Assembly (NCBI GenBank): GCA_951406725.2
Contig: OX597820.1
Location: 43,214,001-43,278,000, forward strand
Length of the DNA: 64,000 bases
Direction of reading: 5' to 3'
From: Octopus vulgaris
Taxonomy: Eukaryota
A program made the position numbers and the translations under genes. Each line of letters starts with the position of its first letter. Position 1 is the first letter of the stretch. The notes beneath the pieces were generated by a model that saw only the letters and a program-made list of their open reading frames with translations, was not told the DNA's origin and made no database searches. Shown here in pieces: positions 40,621 through 55,345 of this stretch.

Positions 40621-41320
40621 GTTGGGGGAGAATGAAAGAAAAGAAAGAGAGAACGATTTACGATTGTATATTCTGAAATATAAGCAAGACGGTTGTTTTA
40701 TTTTGCATATGGCGGCTAGATTGATATAACTTTTAGTGTTTTCTCAGAGCATAGAATATATATCTTTAATTTGTAAATTAATAAACGCATAATATTACAT
40801 AAGTACCACTTTACGATAAAAATTAATCATATATATGTTTATTAATTAACCTTCTACATAGTTTACAAAAAGCTATCTAATCAAGTATATATTAATCAAT
40901 TGAGATAAGAGTTAACCAATTAATGATTGAGAAAATATTTAAAACTTTATATCGATGAGCGGAAAATAGACCTTAAAATATTGATCGTTGTCTAGATAGA
41001 GTTTTCAATCAATATCGATGTATGAGATTTTCAGCAGTCTGGTTTAAAGAATACTTAATTACTGTGTGCGTGTGTGCCATCAATGATGGTGGGTAAAGTT
41101 TAAAATTATAATTCAATGAACCACAGTTCTAGATCCTTTTAAGTAGGTTTTAGTTTTAAGTATTTATATAACTGTGATTTATATAATTTTATATTTATTC
41201 CATTTTCATTTTATAAGAAAATGACCAATACGATAATGTTTCAACTTTCTTAACTAGTATTTCATTTTTAATATAATTATGTCATCATCGCTCAGATTTT
41301 GAAACTCGGGCCATAACAAA

Positions 41321-41363
<43 letters not shown>

Positions 41364-41367
<4 letters not shown>

Positions 41368-41399
41368 TACCATATTCATCTGAATTTAAATTTTTGCTG

Positions 41400-41441
<42 letters not shown>

Positions 41442-41720
41442 CAGCAAAAATTTAAATTCAGATGAATATGGTACTTAAGTTAAAGGCACCAGAATTTGGT
41501 ACGGTATTATCCATATCAATCAAGTGGGTTGATTATAATCAACATAAGCAACAAGGATATCCAAAGTTAGTGTAGTACAATCGTTTCATGCTACTTTATT
41601 TAATTAAACAATGTAAGCATTACATCAGTTTTAAAATTCAGAGCACTCATCAGCCATATATGGAATTTAAAAAAAAATCCATCTGCCAACATTATAAAGA
41701 GGCAGTTTTTGTCCAAACCC
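41364..41720 (-). repeat. Family E PLE-terminal-like repeat with HHR motif and inverted 39-bp terminal duplication
   Basis: Minus strand ctgatga-gtgct..agcat-gaaa-cgattg-ta at 41570-41659. Perfect palindrome at 41364-41477. Confidence 0.65.
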
Positions 41721-42012
41721 TATCAATGTTTGTTCAACATTTGAAAAATCCCTGAATATTACTGGCATGATGTGGAAAACTTGGCAGATTGGGCAACCCT
41801 ATAGTAGAAACAGCTGTAAAGGTTTAGTATTTTTCACTCATATATTTTTATTCATTTGTTTATTTATATTTATTTACCTGTTTGTTTGCTTATTTCATTT
41901 GTTCATTTTGATTACTTATACATATGATTTCAATGAATCAATAACATAGATATAAAGGAATGTCTACAGGCTGATGTTTGTCGATTGATTATTCGCTCAA
42001 TTTTCTTATTTG

Positions 42013-42101
<89 letters not shown>

Positions 42102-42184
42102 CGTATGTGTGTGTATGCATAAATATATATATATATATATATATTATATACATACAAAGAGTAAAAGAGTGAGAGAGTAAAAGA

Positions 42185-42228
<44 letters not shown>

Positions 42229-42251
42229 ATATATACATATATATATATATG

Positions 42252-42370
<119 letters not shown>

Positions 42371-42536
42371 CGTGTCGTATTTTTGCCATTTCAATATGGC
42401 TAACCCCTAAGGGTGGATGCTACTGTAGTTTTTAGCCCCAGGAGGACACACTCCTCCAGCTGGCCATAGACACACTTTCTGTGTCCTGTCAGTATTTGCA
42501 AAGGGAAGTCATCCTTCCCGTCTTCAACTTATGATA

Positions 42537-42581
42537 CACACGGACTCGAGTTTCGAGGTATTGACCTCTCGTCAGCGTATG
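42537..42581 (-). ncRNA. Minimal type I hammerhead ribozyme (copy 1)
   Basis: CAUACG-CUGACGA-GAGGU(CAAU)ACCUC-GAAA-CUCGAG-UC/CGUGUG: all core nucleotides and three helices are present. Confidence 0.85.
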
Positions 42582-42889
42582 ACAATCATAGTTGTCGCCG
42601 AGAATTAGATTTCCTTCACAAATACTTATACTTTTTCCAGCGTCCACTGTCGCTGATATTGAAAAAGTGAAATCAAACAATGATAAATATCAATGTGAGT
42701 TATATACAGTAGCGGTAACACAACGTGTCGTATTTTTGCCATTTCAATATGGCTAACCCCTAAGGGTGGATGATACTGTATTTTTTAGCAACAGGAGGAC
42801 ACACTCCTCCAGCTGGCCATAGACACACTTTCTGTGTCCTGTCAGTATTTGCAAAGGGAAGTCATCCTTCCCGTCTTCAACTTATGATA

Positions 42890-42934
42890 CACACGGACTC
42901 GAGTTTCGAGGTATTGACCTCTCGTCAGCGTGTG
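42890..42934 (-). ncRNA. Minimal type I hammerhead ribozyme (copy 2)
   Basis: CACACG-CUGACGA-GAGGU(CAAU)ACCUC-GAAA-CUCGAG-UC/CGUGUG: stem I is fully Watson-Crick. Confidence 0.87.
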
Positions 42935-43127
42935 ACAATCATAGTTGTCGCCGAGAATTAGATTTCCTTCACAAATACTTATACTTTTTCCAGCGTCCAC
43001 TGTCGCTGATATTGAAAAAGTGAAATCAAACAATGATACCCTTAGGGGTTAGCCATATTGAAATGGCAAAAATACGACACGTTGTGTTACCGCTACTGTA
43101 TATAACTCACATTGATATTTATCATTG

Positions 43128-43184
<57 letters not shown>

Positions 43185-44329
43185 GGGAGAAAATGAGCGA
43201 GAAACAGAGAGAGAGTAAGATGTGAGCGTATAATGAAACTGATTATGGATATCAGCAATATTGAGAATGGAAAATACCTCAGATGGGCGTTCGATGTCCT
43301 AATCAGAAATACGGAAGAGTATCAGTGATTCCCAGATTTATAGATTTATTGGTGTTTAAGAAAGTTATTTTTCGCACGAAGCTGATGGCATGTGATGAAC
43401 ATATCAGTACACCGCCGGTAGGCGTGGTAACAGCAGTTGTAGTTGCACATATTATTTCTTTGTGAACATTATCTGAAGCAGCATAATTTAGAGTGAACTG
43501 TTAGCCAAAATTTTCTTTCACATCATTCTAGATAGTAATTAATTTACATTCGCTAGTTCCATGCATCTCTTTATAAGCTATTGATTCCCGAAGAAAAGGT
43601 AAACGCAAAATATAATATGCCACACTATATTCTATCTTTAAATTTCGGTATTTTGATATTAATTATCATAAATTAATATACAAATTTCTACATATCAATG
43701 CAAAGTCAGTTTCATTGATATTTAGGTGGAATCTTTAATGCATCACAACCCTTTATGCTGTCAGTTCATATCCTACGCGCCCTCGACTTTGACTTCTGTT
43801 TTTTATTTGTTGTTTTTTATAGTCTTAAAGAAAATTAGTCAAATACAACAGTATAAGTCGTTGACTGTCTCCTTCGACTCATGTTTCTGCCTTTCTACAT
43901 AGTAAAGAAAATCTTACATCCGTAATGATAATATATTCTAAAATAGAAACAATATTTTGAATTTTGGTATTATGACTCTCCCTAGACACAACAAAATTTG
44001 CTTCAACACACGAATACCTATAAAGAACCTTGCAAACCAGGTACGAAAAACGGAAAAATATAACCACCTGCCTTGTATGTTAGGATAAAAGACACTCTTT
44101 ATTCTATCAAGATAAGCATTCAGTGAGTGCGTAAAACACGTAAGAAAATACCTCAAGATAGTCGTTCGATACTCTACCGCGTCTCAAATTTGACCGTCCC
44201 TTAGATCATTAAAAGGCATAGAAATTATAACCGTAAAATTCGAACAAAAACTTTACTTTGAAAGCCGCAATTGACAGATTCGATTACATAGTTGAGTTCC
44301 AGCTAAACGACAGCTGTCTAGCCTCCCCC

Positions 44330-44373
<44 letters not shown>

Positions 44374-45226
44374 CTCTGTTCAGTCTATCTGTCTCTCTCT
44401 CTCACTCTCTCTCTCTCTCTTTTCAGTCTATCTGTCGCTCTCTCGCTCATCATTTCAATACTATTGCTGTCTCAATTTACTTAACTGTAAATAAGTTGCA
44501 TAGTTACTTAGGGACAAGTATTAGCATTGTATATTTAAAAAGTTAGCTTGCAATAATGACACTTTATACGTAAATTATTCTTCTTCTTATTATTATTACA
44601 TTTAGTTGGCAAAAGAGATGGATAGAGTAAGTGGGAGAATATATGTGGTAAACTTGAAATTAAATGCTAGAGTCGATTTGTTTCACTAAATTTGAGGTGC
44701 CCAAATTTTGGATATTACCTTAAAGGGTCCGACGACTAAAACAAGTAAAAGAGACAGGAAATATAAAGAAAAGTTTCTCTACGTGCGAATTCTTTCTGCT
44801 AGCAATAACCTCCACGTTAACCTGCAAGTCTGCTCTCTTATGAAATGGATGAATACATTTATAACGCTTTTGTAGGTAAACTATGCGGGGTATAACAAAT
44901 GGAACATATTCAATTAACAGAAATTAACAATAACTTATTCAACAAATTATGACGCAGTATTTCCTCAAAAGAGCGAATTCAATATGAATATATTAAAGCT
45001 TACACTTGCAAAAGTGTGTCATCAAACAGGATAGGTGTAATATAGAATATGTTAAATCCGTTCATAGTAAAAGAAAGAGAAAGATGCGAGGGCAACTTCC
45101 GAAGACTTTTTTTACCGTCACCACGATCGGTAACGTATCAAATATTAAAGTTTTAAACAATAAGGATGGATGGAGCTGTTAATATATCTTTGAATAAATG
45201 TGGTTATCGGGTCTTTAAACAGACAA

Positions 45227-45269
<43 letters not shown>

Positions 45270-45287
45270 ATGAAGTATATATGAATT

Positions 45288-45349
<62 letters not shown>

Positions 45350-45356
45350 AAAGCAG

Positions 45357-45387
<31 letters not shown>

Positions 45388-45426
45388 TATATATAGAAGC
45401 ATATGTATATAGATATATGTATATTC

Positions 45427-45472
<46 letters not shown>

Positions 45473-46332
45473 TATATATGTATACGTGTATGTATGCATG
45501 TATGTATGCAACACACTCTGTACTGAGGATAATAGCACCTGAAGTGAAGGAAACTAGCTTCAAAAGGAGATTAATACAGCAACTCAATCTCGGCTTGCCA
45601 TGATATTTACCCTTTGCACCGCATCATTCAACATGACGAGTTTCATCCAATTCTGAGTTCTAGCATTAAAATAAACAATTTTTTGTTTCCTAGGGAGGTC
45701 AAGTAAAAAAAAAACATATGAATTTGCCTTCCTCTTTACTTACGGCATCTAACAAATTTAATTCATCTTTGTCAACATTGTATGACATATTTCCATAAGT
45801 TTCTCTCCCGTTCTCGTACTTCTCATTTTCCCCCCTTTTGCTCCTCTCTTTTCACATCATCATCACATCACCATCACCATCATCATCAACACCATCATAG
45901 TCATCATGATCATCATGATCATAATGATCACCATCATCATTATCTTATTTACAATTATTATTCGGCAGTCGCAATAGAACCGACAAACAGTAAAATCTAC
46001 TGGAGAAAAATTGCAATGAACCACTAACTTACATGGAGGGTTGGACGCCACATTGCTTCGCTAAAGCTCTATATTGACTGATCACACAAAATATCATAAA
46101 AGAAGCGAATGCGACACCTACACCAGTGATAAAAGGCTACAACAGAAACGGCAACAATTTTAGGAGGCAAAATAGCGACAAAACAACAATACATGAAAAT
46201 CTACAACAAACAATCACAGCACAAATATCTATGTAGACACGGCATACATTGAAAATTACAAATGATGGTGATGATGATGATGATAATGATGATGATGATG
46301 ACGACGATGATGATGATGACGACGACGATTAC

Positions 46333-46370
<38 letters not shown>

Positions 46371-46392
46371 CAACAACAACAACAACAACAAC

Positions 46393-46455
<63 letters not shown>

Positions 46456-47717
46456 AATAATAATAACAATAATATAGAATTAGTTATAAATGTTGTTATC
46501 CTGGTAGCCCGAACAACACAACCCCCAACCGAGGGGAATTACAAATATAACACGTACCAAACCCACACAGAAGAGAAAACAACAGGCAAACACAGGGATG
46601 ACAAACACAAATATTTATCTCACACATTTGCCGTTTTGTTGGAGCTATCGTCAAAATAAACATTAGCTTCAACAATAAAGTCCAAGTACATTATCACTCC
46701 CAGGCTTAACTGAAACTCCAGCTTGGAACTATTGCTATAATGAAACATTTAATAGCATTGCATTATATAATGATACACCACTTTTTGAAATCAAGGGATA
46801 TTCAGTATCATGATAGAAAATGCTCACAAAGGATAAAGATAAATATATAGAGGCAATAATATACATACATGAATATATGGAATATATGGAGCTTTGTGTA
46901 TCATTATACAATGCACATACATAGATAGAAAGCTACATGAATTTACTTGAGTGTGCGAGTGTATGTTTGTTTACATATGTATATATGTATATACATATAT
47001 TGACATATTCATAAGTCTGTTTGTGCGGTTGTGAGTGTTTGTGTATGTTTAAGTACATGCATGTATGTCTATGTATATATATATATGTGTGTGTGTGTGT
47101 GTATGTGTATGTATGTGTGTTTGTGTGTGTATATGTGAGTGTGTGTGTGTATGTGTCTTTGAGTGTGATTGGTGGTCTGTCTATCTAACAGATTGATTGC
47201 ACATGCGTATATAGAAATAAAAATATAAATATACATACTTGCACATTCAAACATATCAATACAAACGCATATATATACATACATACACTAATAAGCATAC
47301 ATATATATATATATACGCATGTATGACTGTATACTTGGATATAAGTATATAACAAGTATATTTTCATGCACTGGGCACTATGTGTAGATATCAATTTATT
47401 CTTCAATTTATAGAGGCACATATCTTCACGTGTGTGTTGTTGTGTGTGCACGCTTGTGTATGTGGTTGCGAGAGAGTGTTTACTTTATACTCATATAAGA
47501 GTATAACAGAATAATGACAGAGAAATGACAGATAAATCTGTAAATACAGAAGGCGGGATTTAGTAATAATGAGACCAGCTGTGCAAATACTATTATTAAT
47601 ACTATCAACAACGTCAACAAGCGGTTCCTGTGTGAGAATGATCGTCCAACAATGAAGGTAGTATGCATATATGTATGTGAATATGTAAATACATATATAT
47701 ATATATATGTATATGCG

Positions 47718-47790
<73 letters not shown>

Positions 47791-47900
47791 TACACTTAAG
47801 CATATACATATGCATCATATTCATACATAGATACACACATATTTAACATAAATTTTCTTTTGTGCACATTACATATCAGTCATACACACACAGGCTCACA

Positions 47901-47940
<40 letters not shown>

Positions 47941-48570
47941 CACCCACACCGACATACATTTATGTTGAGGAGTACGTGTTTTTGTATGAGTATATCTAAA
48001 TAGACATTTACGTGTGTATATATATATATACATACTTGAACATATGCATCTGTGTCTCTCCTCTGTGTATGTGTATATGATCGCGAAATAAGTTAAGAAT
48101 AATATTGAGTTTAGCGATGGATTTTAGAAGAGAGAAACTTTTTGAGAAGAGAGAGAGAAATAGTGAAAGAATATGGCTAAATGAATGTACAGAGTAAGAA
48201 TACAATATTAAAATGGAGAAGGAAGAGACGAAAAACCGGTGCCGTTGGGCATGTTGATACGAGGAGAGGTCTTTGGTTTATACAGTGGCAGTTTTCAGTG
48301 GCAGAAATACATTGACAATGGCAAATTTCTAAAGCATATAAGGAGGGAAGAGCGGAATAGCACATATTTAAATATGAACTGTAACAGCAAGAAAAAGAAG
48401 AATGGACGACAATGGTAATGATAATAATAATGATAATGACAATAATAATATTAATCATAATAATAAGAAGAAGTACAACAACAACACTAATAATAATAAT
48501 GATAATAATAAGGGTTTCTTTTTAATAATAATATTAATAATGATGAGTTCTTTAAAAAGAAAAATAATAA

Positions 48571-48641
<71 letters not shown>

Positions 48642-48647
48642 AGTAGT

Positions 48648-48699
<52 letters not shown>

Positions 48700-48700
<1 letters not shown>

Positions 48701-49028
48701 GGGAGAGCTGTGCATACCATCAAAGTGACTCTGGGGTAAAATATACAAAGCCCAATGTACCCATCATGACTACCCGTCTGATAAGGGTACACTAGGCACA
48801 TGCATCACAACTATATATGCGCGACAAGATCTCATATCAAGATAAACAGCGCATGACCTTGCAGGTAGGGCCCAGTTAGAATTTTCTTCTGTTCGAGTAA
48901 CCCATCCTGCACAAAAGATCCCTGAATAAGAGTTGTTTAAGGATGTTGAACGGAACACCCATGTTTCCAGAGGTGAATTATTCAAACCCAAAAGAATTCC
49001 TCTCAACACACGGCTATGATGCTCCCCC
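48700..49028 (-). mobile_element. TAA-associated non-autonomous element, 5'-truncated
   Basis: Homologous to 27545-27880 and flanked by (TTA)n. Confidence 0.8.
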
Positions 49029-49047
49029 ATTATTATTATTATTATTT

Positions 49048-49112
<65 letters not shown>

Positions 49113-49680
49113 AATCAGTAGTTTTATTTTTACAGCGTGCTTTCACTTCACTACCGAGCGCAGCTCTGTGTGCCTTGGGTATATGCTGTGATTTGTTGTG
49201 ATCCTCTGATGGTTATTGTATGGAAAGTGTTCTGCGTATGATGTGTGCAGTGCCTAGTAGTGCAATTTTCTGTATGTTATATGTGTTTGTAAGTCCTGGT
49301 GTTTTTGTTATGTATTTATCTGAATATTTTTTATCATGCCTAATGCACCTACTATGATAGGAATTGTTTCTGTTTTCAGATTCCACATTCTAGTTACCTC
49401 TATTTCCAGGTCTTTGTATTTTGAGAGTTTCTCCATTTCTTTTAGAGACACGCTGTCATCTGCCGGTATTAATACATCAATTAGAAAGCATTTTTTTCTT
49501 CATGATCTCTGACAACTATATCTGGTCTGTTGGCCTTAATTTCTCTATCTGTGTGTATCGGCATATCCCAGAGTATGGTTGCTTTCTCGTTTTCTGTGAC
49601 CTTCTGGTGTGTGTCTATACCATCTTTTTTCTGTTGTTATTCCATAATGTTGGCATAGCTTCCAATGTATGTAGGTTCCA
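49113..49680 (-). mobile_element. R4/Dong-like 3' fragment (subfamily A)
   Basis: Near-identical to 25878-26450 (GTYIHWKLCQHYGITTEKRWYRHTPE.. through the 3' UTR), with small deletions. Flanked by (TTA)n. Confidence 0.9.
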
Positions 49681-49778
<98 letters not shown>

Positions 49779-49789
49779 CATTATTATTA

Positions 49790-49820
<31 letters not shown>

Positions 49821-49831
49821 CATTATTATCA

Positions 49832-49869
<38 letters not shown>

Positions 49870-49891
49870 ATTATCATTATTATTATTATTG

Positions 49892-50345
49892 GCAAGTGAG
49901 AGAGCAGTGCATGCGATTAGAGAGACACCTCCATTATTATACGAGCCCAATATACGCTTTATGACTATCCGTCTGATAAGAGTATACCAAGCACATGCAT
50001 CACAACCATATATGCGTGACATGGTATTCTCATAACAAGATAAACAGGGCATGACCTTGCAGGTGAGGCCCACTTAGAATTTTCTTCAGGTTGAGTAGCC
50101 CATCCAGCTCAAAAGTTCCATAAATAAGGTTTGCTTGCGCGTGATGAACGAAACACTCATGTTTCCAGAACTGAATTATTGAAACCCCAAAGAATTCCCC
50201 AAGGCATATAGCTATGGTGTTCCTCCACTACCTCTGCTCGTGATCAGAGATACACATATCGTCAGCCACCAAGGGACATGCTCAAGTAGTTATGGTCAAA
50301 CAAGTGAAAAGCAAATGTGTTGTTTTAAGTAAAATATTCGTATTA
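49892..50345 (-). mobile_element. TAA-associated non-autonomous element
   Basis: Homologous to 27541-27990. Confidence 0.8.
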
Positions 50346-50351
50346 TAATCA

Positions 50352-51830
50352 TATGTTTGACTTTTGCTTTGTATTTGTACAAGATGACTCGAGGTCTCAC
50401 CCAGAGACCTCAAGACACACCAAGTCAGAATTTTATATTGGTGTTATGCCTAGGGTGTCATCTATTTTGTTTTGCACATTGTATTGTTACTCTCTTACTC
50501 TTTTATTCGTTTCAGTCATTTGACTGCGGCCATGCTGGAGCACCGCCTTTAGTCGAGCAAATCGAACCCGGGACTTATTCTTTGTAAGCCCAGTACTTAT
50601 TCTATCGGTCTCTTTTGCCGAACCGCTATGTGACGGGGGCATACACACACCAGCATCGGTTGTCAAGCAATGCTAGGGGGACAAACACAGACACACAAAC
50701 ACACACGCACATACATGTATATATATATACACATATATACGACAGGCTTCTTTCAGTTTCCGTCTACCAAATCCACTCACAAGGCTTTGGTCGGCCCGAG
50801 TCTATAGTAGAAGACACCTACCCAAGGTGTCACGCAGTGGGACTGAACCCGGAACGATGTGGTTGGTAAACAAGCTACTTACCACACAGCCTCTCCTGTT
50901 CTAGACAATGTTTATGAAAACACAAGAAAATTATGTGTTTGTTTTAAAGTTTGAGATTACGTAGTATATTACGTAGGATATGGGCAGTTTCCATAAGAAC
51001 TAACTTTTGAATTTCTGCCATTTTGGGGTTTCCTGGTATCTGAGCTACGTAGCAATCAGCCCCTTTTGCTATAATTCCTAAGGCAGCTATGACAACAGGT
51101 ATTGTTTTTGTTTTGAGGATCCTCATTTTGCCAATTTCTATTTCAAGATCTTTATACTTGCTCAGTTTTTGGTAGGTCTTGACAGATGCATTTATATCGA
51201 TTGGGACAGTCATATCAATGAGGAGGCATCATTCAATGTAATGTCTGACCTATTCTTATTTATGTTTCTGTCAGATTGAATGGTGAAGATGTAGAGGAGT
51301 AAGATGTGATAATTTTCAAGCACTGAAAGTGGTTTGTGGTCCCACCAGTTTTTTTCATGCGGCAGGTCCAGGTTTTTTCAAATTACCCAGTGAATATATT
51401 GTGCTACTGTATCATACCTGTTGAGATATTCTGTAGGCGCGAGAAGACTGCACATGGAGACAACATGATCAATGGTTTCATTTGGTTTTTGACATACACG
51501 ACATGTTGGCCAACTGCCGTTCTTTAATATGTTGGCCTGGTAGTTTCTTGTAGGTAGCCATTGATCTTAGATTGTTATGATAAAGCATTCTGCTTCTGAA
51601 TTTTAGCCAGAAGACACTAACCATTGATGCGTAAGGGTTTTGTCAATATCGGCACTATTAGGTGACTTTGGGTATATGCCATTGAGTGGTTTTCTTTACC
51701 ATTTATCAGTAAGAATATCTAAGGCAGCAGTTTTAGCACGGGTTTTCATACGCTTAGATTTTTCTGTGCTTGTTTCTAGTAAGTCTAATTCTGGAATTTG
51801 TTGTATTTGAAATTCACTTAGATATTAGTC
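50352..51830 (-). mobile_element. R4/Dong-like fragment (subfamily B) interrupted by a SINE
   Basis: GLKSEAE..DQWLPTRNY, CRVCQKPNETIDHVVSMC, YLNRYD, MTVPIDINASVKTYQKLSKYKDL. The 3' UTR matches 35830-35956. Confidence 0.85.
50488..50898 (-). mobile_element. tRNA-derived SINE family A, full length
   Basis: Minus strand caggagaggctgtgtggtaag..ggttcagtcccac..ggcggtgctccagcatggccgcagtcaaatgactgaaac. Confidence 0.9.
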
Positions 51831-51919
51831 ATCATCATCATCATCATCATCATCACTATCATCATCAGCATCCTCCTCCTCCTCCTCATCATCATCATTA
51901 TTATTATTATTCATGCCTT

Positions 51920-52108
51920 GACCTGGCAAGAACGTTAGCATGCCGGGCAAGATGCTTAGCTGCATTTCGTCCGTCTTCTGAAGTCGACATTGCCTTTCAT
52001 TCTTTCTGGGTAGATGAAATGAATACCAGTTACGTACTGGGGTCCATATAATCGACGAGTTCTCACCTCAAAATCTCAGGTATTGTGCCTTTAAGAGAAA
52101 GGATTATT
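51920..52108 (+). mobile_element. SINE family B, degenerate
   Basis: ctggcaagaacgttagcatgccggg..gtcgacattgcctttcattctttc..taccagttacgtactgggg. Confidence 0.7.
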
Positions 52109-52299
52109 GTTGTTGTTGTTGGCGGTGGTGGTGGTGGTGGTGGTGGTAGTATTGTGGTTATGTTGTTGTTATTATCATTATTATTATCAGCAGCGACATC
52201 CACCTCTTCCTTTTCATCATCGTCATCAACAGCATTATTCTTTCAATTATTATCGTTGTTAGTGTTGTTGTTACAAGAATACCATTACGAACGATAATG

Positions 52300-52724
52300 C
52301 TGCAAGTAGTTTGCCGACCAAACTGCGAATTTGAATTTTCCTACAAAACCTCTACAATTGGACAGACCGAATATCTTGAAACAACTAATGACAAGATGCT
52401 GGGACACGTTGAAAATCACGACAGCCGTAAGAAGGTTGTTTCTATCATGGACGCGAACAACAATTAGCTTTTGATCTCGTGAATGACACCCATACTTAAT
52501 AGGCTGCACAGCAAAGAAAAAGTACATGAAGAATTATCTGGGAGCAGAAACTTCGATATGGCAAAGATGTGGCCTGTAGAGAACAAGCTAAAGTTGACCA
52601 AAAACGCGCTGATCAGTGACCACGAAGATTCGGGTTTAAAGCATAGAGCATAAATTTCATCTTAGCTGCTCAGTATCAAATGTTATTGAACCGGAACTCT
52701 AACACTTGTCAAGAGTTTTAATGA

Positions 52725-52758
<34 letters not shown>

Positions 52759-52760
52759 GG

Positions 52761-52821
<61 letters not shown>

Positions 52822-53190
52822 AGTGTTGCAAAAAACATGACAATAAGGTAAAAATGAGCCATTGGAATCCCTGTGGAAATTATATCCTAGAAAGATCAAA
52901 GATGTGGTATGACAAAATTCCATAAGTAGTTACTGAAAATGAGGAGTTATAAAATCCTGTGGGATGCAAGAAAAGAAACATGCCTGATAACCGACGTAGC
53001 ATTCCTGGTGACAACATGATGAAAGAGAAAAAATAAAGAGTGAACAACTACGGTGAATTGAAGAGAGAAATAGGCAGGTTTTGAGCTATGAACTGAGTGG
53101 GTTTGATGCCAACAGTGACTGGCGCGCTTCCAAGTATCAGCACTCAACTTCTCTTTCTTTGACAAATTTTGTGACACATTACCCCCATCA
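52300..53190 (+). mobile_element. Very old R4/Dong-like fragment
   Basis: Residual GLK..LAAQYQ and KILWDARKETCLITDVAF peptides, with an internal (GAT)n expansion. Confidence 0.5.
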
Positions 53191-53654
53191 AGTATTCCAG
53201 AAATTCACCAGGCAAGGAGCTTCTAATTTTTTGCAGGTGTAGAAAAGACAACGTGCAGAAGAAACACGCCTTTACTCTTCCTTTTTTTTCTTTTTGTTTT
53301 TTTCGAGAAATCCATTGAACACCTATTAGACTTTCTGTGTGTAGTTTGATTTTGTTTTAGTGTAAGTTTTTGCCATTGGAAGATAAGGTTATGTCTATGA
53401 GTAGAATATGGAGGTGGATGTTCAGTATTCATCTGTGGTAAGGACTCAGTATTAATTTGTGATAAAACGGGACGAAAAAGTCTTTTTCTTCAATTTAATA
53501 ATTTAATTATAATATAAATTCAAAATCGGGCACCGTGACATGTGAGAATTCATAGCAAATAATGACAACAAACGCACAAAAAATAACAACAAGAGCAGTA
53601 ATAAATGAAACAACAGCTAAAACAGGAACAACATCAATGATAATAATAATACGT

Positions 53655-53815
53655 TTTTAATAGGCCTGAACAAGGCCTGAAATTTTGCGGAAGGGATCTA
53701 GTCGATGTTATCGATCTAGACGATGTTATCGATCCAAGTGCTACACTGGTACTTATTTTATTGTGTCCGAAATGATGTAAGAGGACCCTGGCGGAATTTA
53801 ACTCAGAACGTGAAT
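53655..53815 (-). mobile_element. SINE family B, degenerate
   Basis: acaaggcctgaaattttg..gtcgat..ctggtacttatttta..ggcggaattta.actcagaacg. Confidence 0.6.
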
Positions 53816-54109
53816 AGAAGAGGTAAAAGGAAAAGTGTATAGCAAAGCATAGCTAAAAATCATAAGCAATACTACAAACATACTTCAGATATTAAATCAC
53901 GTAGGTATACATAACATACGAAAAGTAAAACTCAAATAACAAAAAAGAAAAACTTAATCTTTATTGGATACAGACCAACAATAATTGGGTCTCAGGAATA
54001 CAAATATTTGTTTTTCTTTTAAATATGGGAAAGATTTACAATGGGAAATCCAAAGGATGTAATTCATGGTTATTACAATCTTAACCTACAAAAATTTAAG
54101 AACTTGTCA

Positions 54110-54112
<3 letters not shown>

Positions 54113-54182
<70 letters not shown>

Positions 54183-54261
54183 TAATAATAATAAATAATA
54201 ATAATGATAATAATAATAATAATGATAATAATAATTATTATTATTATTATCATTATTATTA

Positions 54262-54336
<75 letters not shown>
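54113..54336. repeat. (AAT)n directly followed by (ATT)n: inverted microsatellite
   Basis: Direct inspection; the strand switch is near 54235. Confidence 0.9.
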
Positions 54337-54337
<1 letters not shown>

Positions 54338-55129
54338 GTAACAACATAAAAAAGTGCAAAATATCAGGAAGTTAATGAAAAGAGACAGGAACATGAATAT
54401 CACAAGATTAAAAGTAGGATATCTGTAGAGGCGAATCTAATTGCAAAGAAAATCGGATAATCTCAAAAATTTCTTAATATAGGGATATTGAATGCCAGGC
54501 GAGCGAGAGTGAAACAAACTTAAAGAAAGGGATCAAGCAGAAACACTGAACATGTCAGGAGCAAACAGTAAATAATTTTGCAGATACAGAAATAATTTAA
54601 ATTAAAAAAGAAAAGTGTCTCAATTTCAAAACGAATATTGGCAAAAAAGATTCCCATCTCTACGCCAATTTTCTGCTTGGTGCTAACACCTACATACAAC
54701 ATGTCAGTCGGACATCCCTTTCATAGGTGTCTTCATGGTGTGTACTGAAAATGAGGGACGTATATAAAGAGTGCAGCACACTATGCATGGATTTGTTAAT
54801 AATAGTGATATGTAATTTGGTGTACGACAACTGCAGCACTATATCGTATAAAGTGAAAAGCTGATTGAGAATGAAATTATTGTGCTATGTGAAGAAAGGA
54901 TTTCAGGGCATTACATTAAACATTTACATTACAAATAGGAATCAGTAAACAGACGAAAATAAGATGTTTGGACAGATTATTATAGACGTATTAGATCATT
55001 ACTCAACAGGGGAATTAATAAAGCGTATTGTGTTACAGCTAAAAACGTAATACGGATTGGGTTACAGGTACAAAAGTAATACGTGTTGTTCTAATACACT
55101 GAACACGACAGGAAACAAAGTAACATTGC

Positions 55130-55345
55130 TTTGAATTTTTGGCACAAGGCTGACATGTTCGTGGGAAATACAGGTCAATTAGATCTATCCCAGTGCTCAA
55201 GTGGTCCTTATTTCATCGACGCCGGAAGGACAAGACATACAGTCTGCCACGGCGGATTTTGAACTCACAACGCAAAGACAAACATAGTTCCTCTAAGTAT
55301 TTTTCCAAGTGTGCTAGCCAATCTGCTAGCCTGCCACCCTAAATG
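55130..55345 (-). mobile_element. SINE family B, degenerate
   Basis: ggcacaaggc..cccagtgctcaagtggtccttatttcatcgac..ggcggattttgaactcacaacg..ctgctagcctgccacc. Confidence 0.65.
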
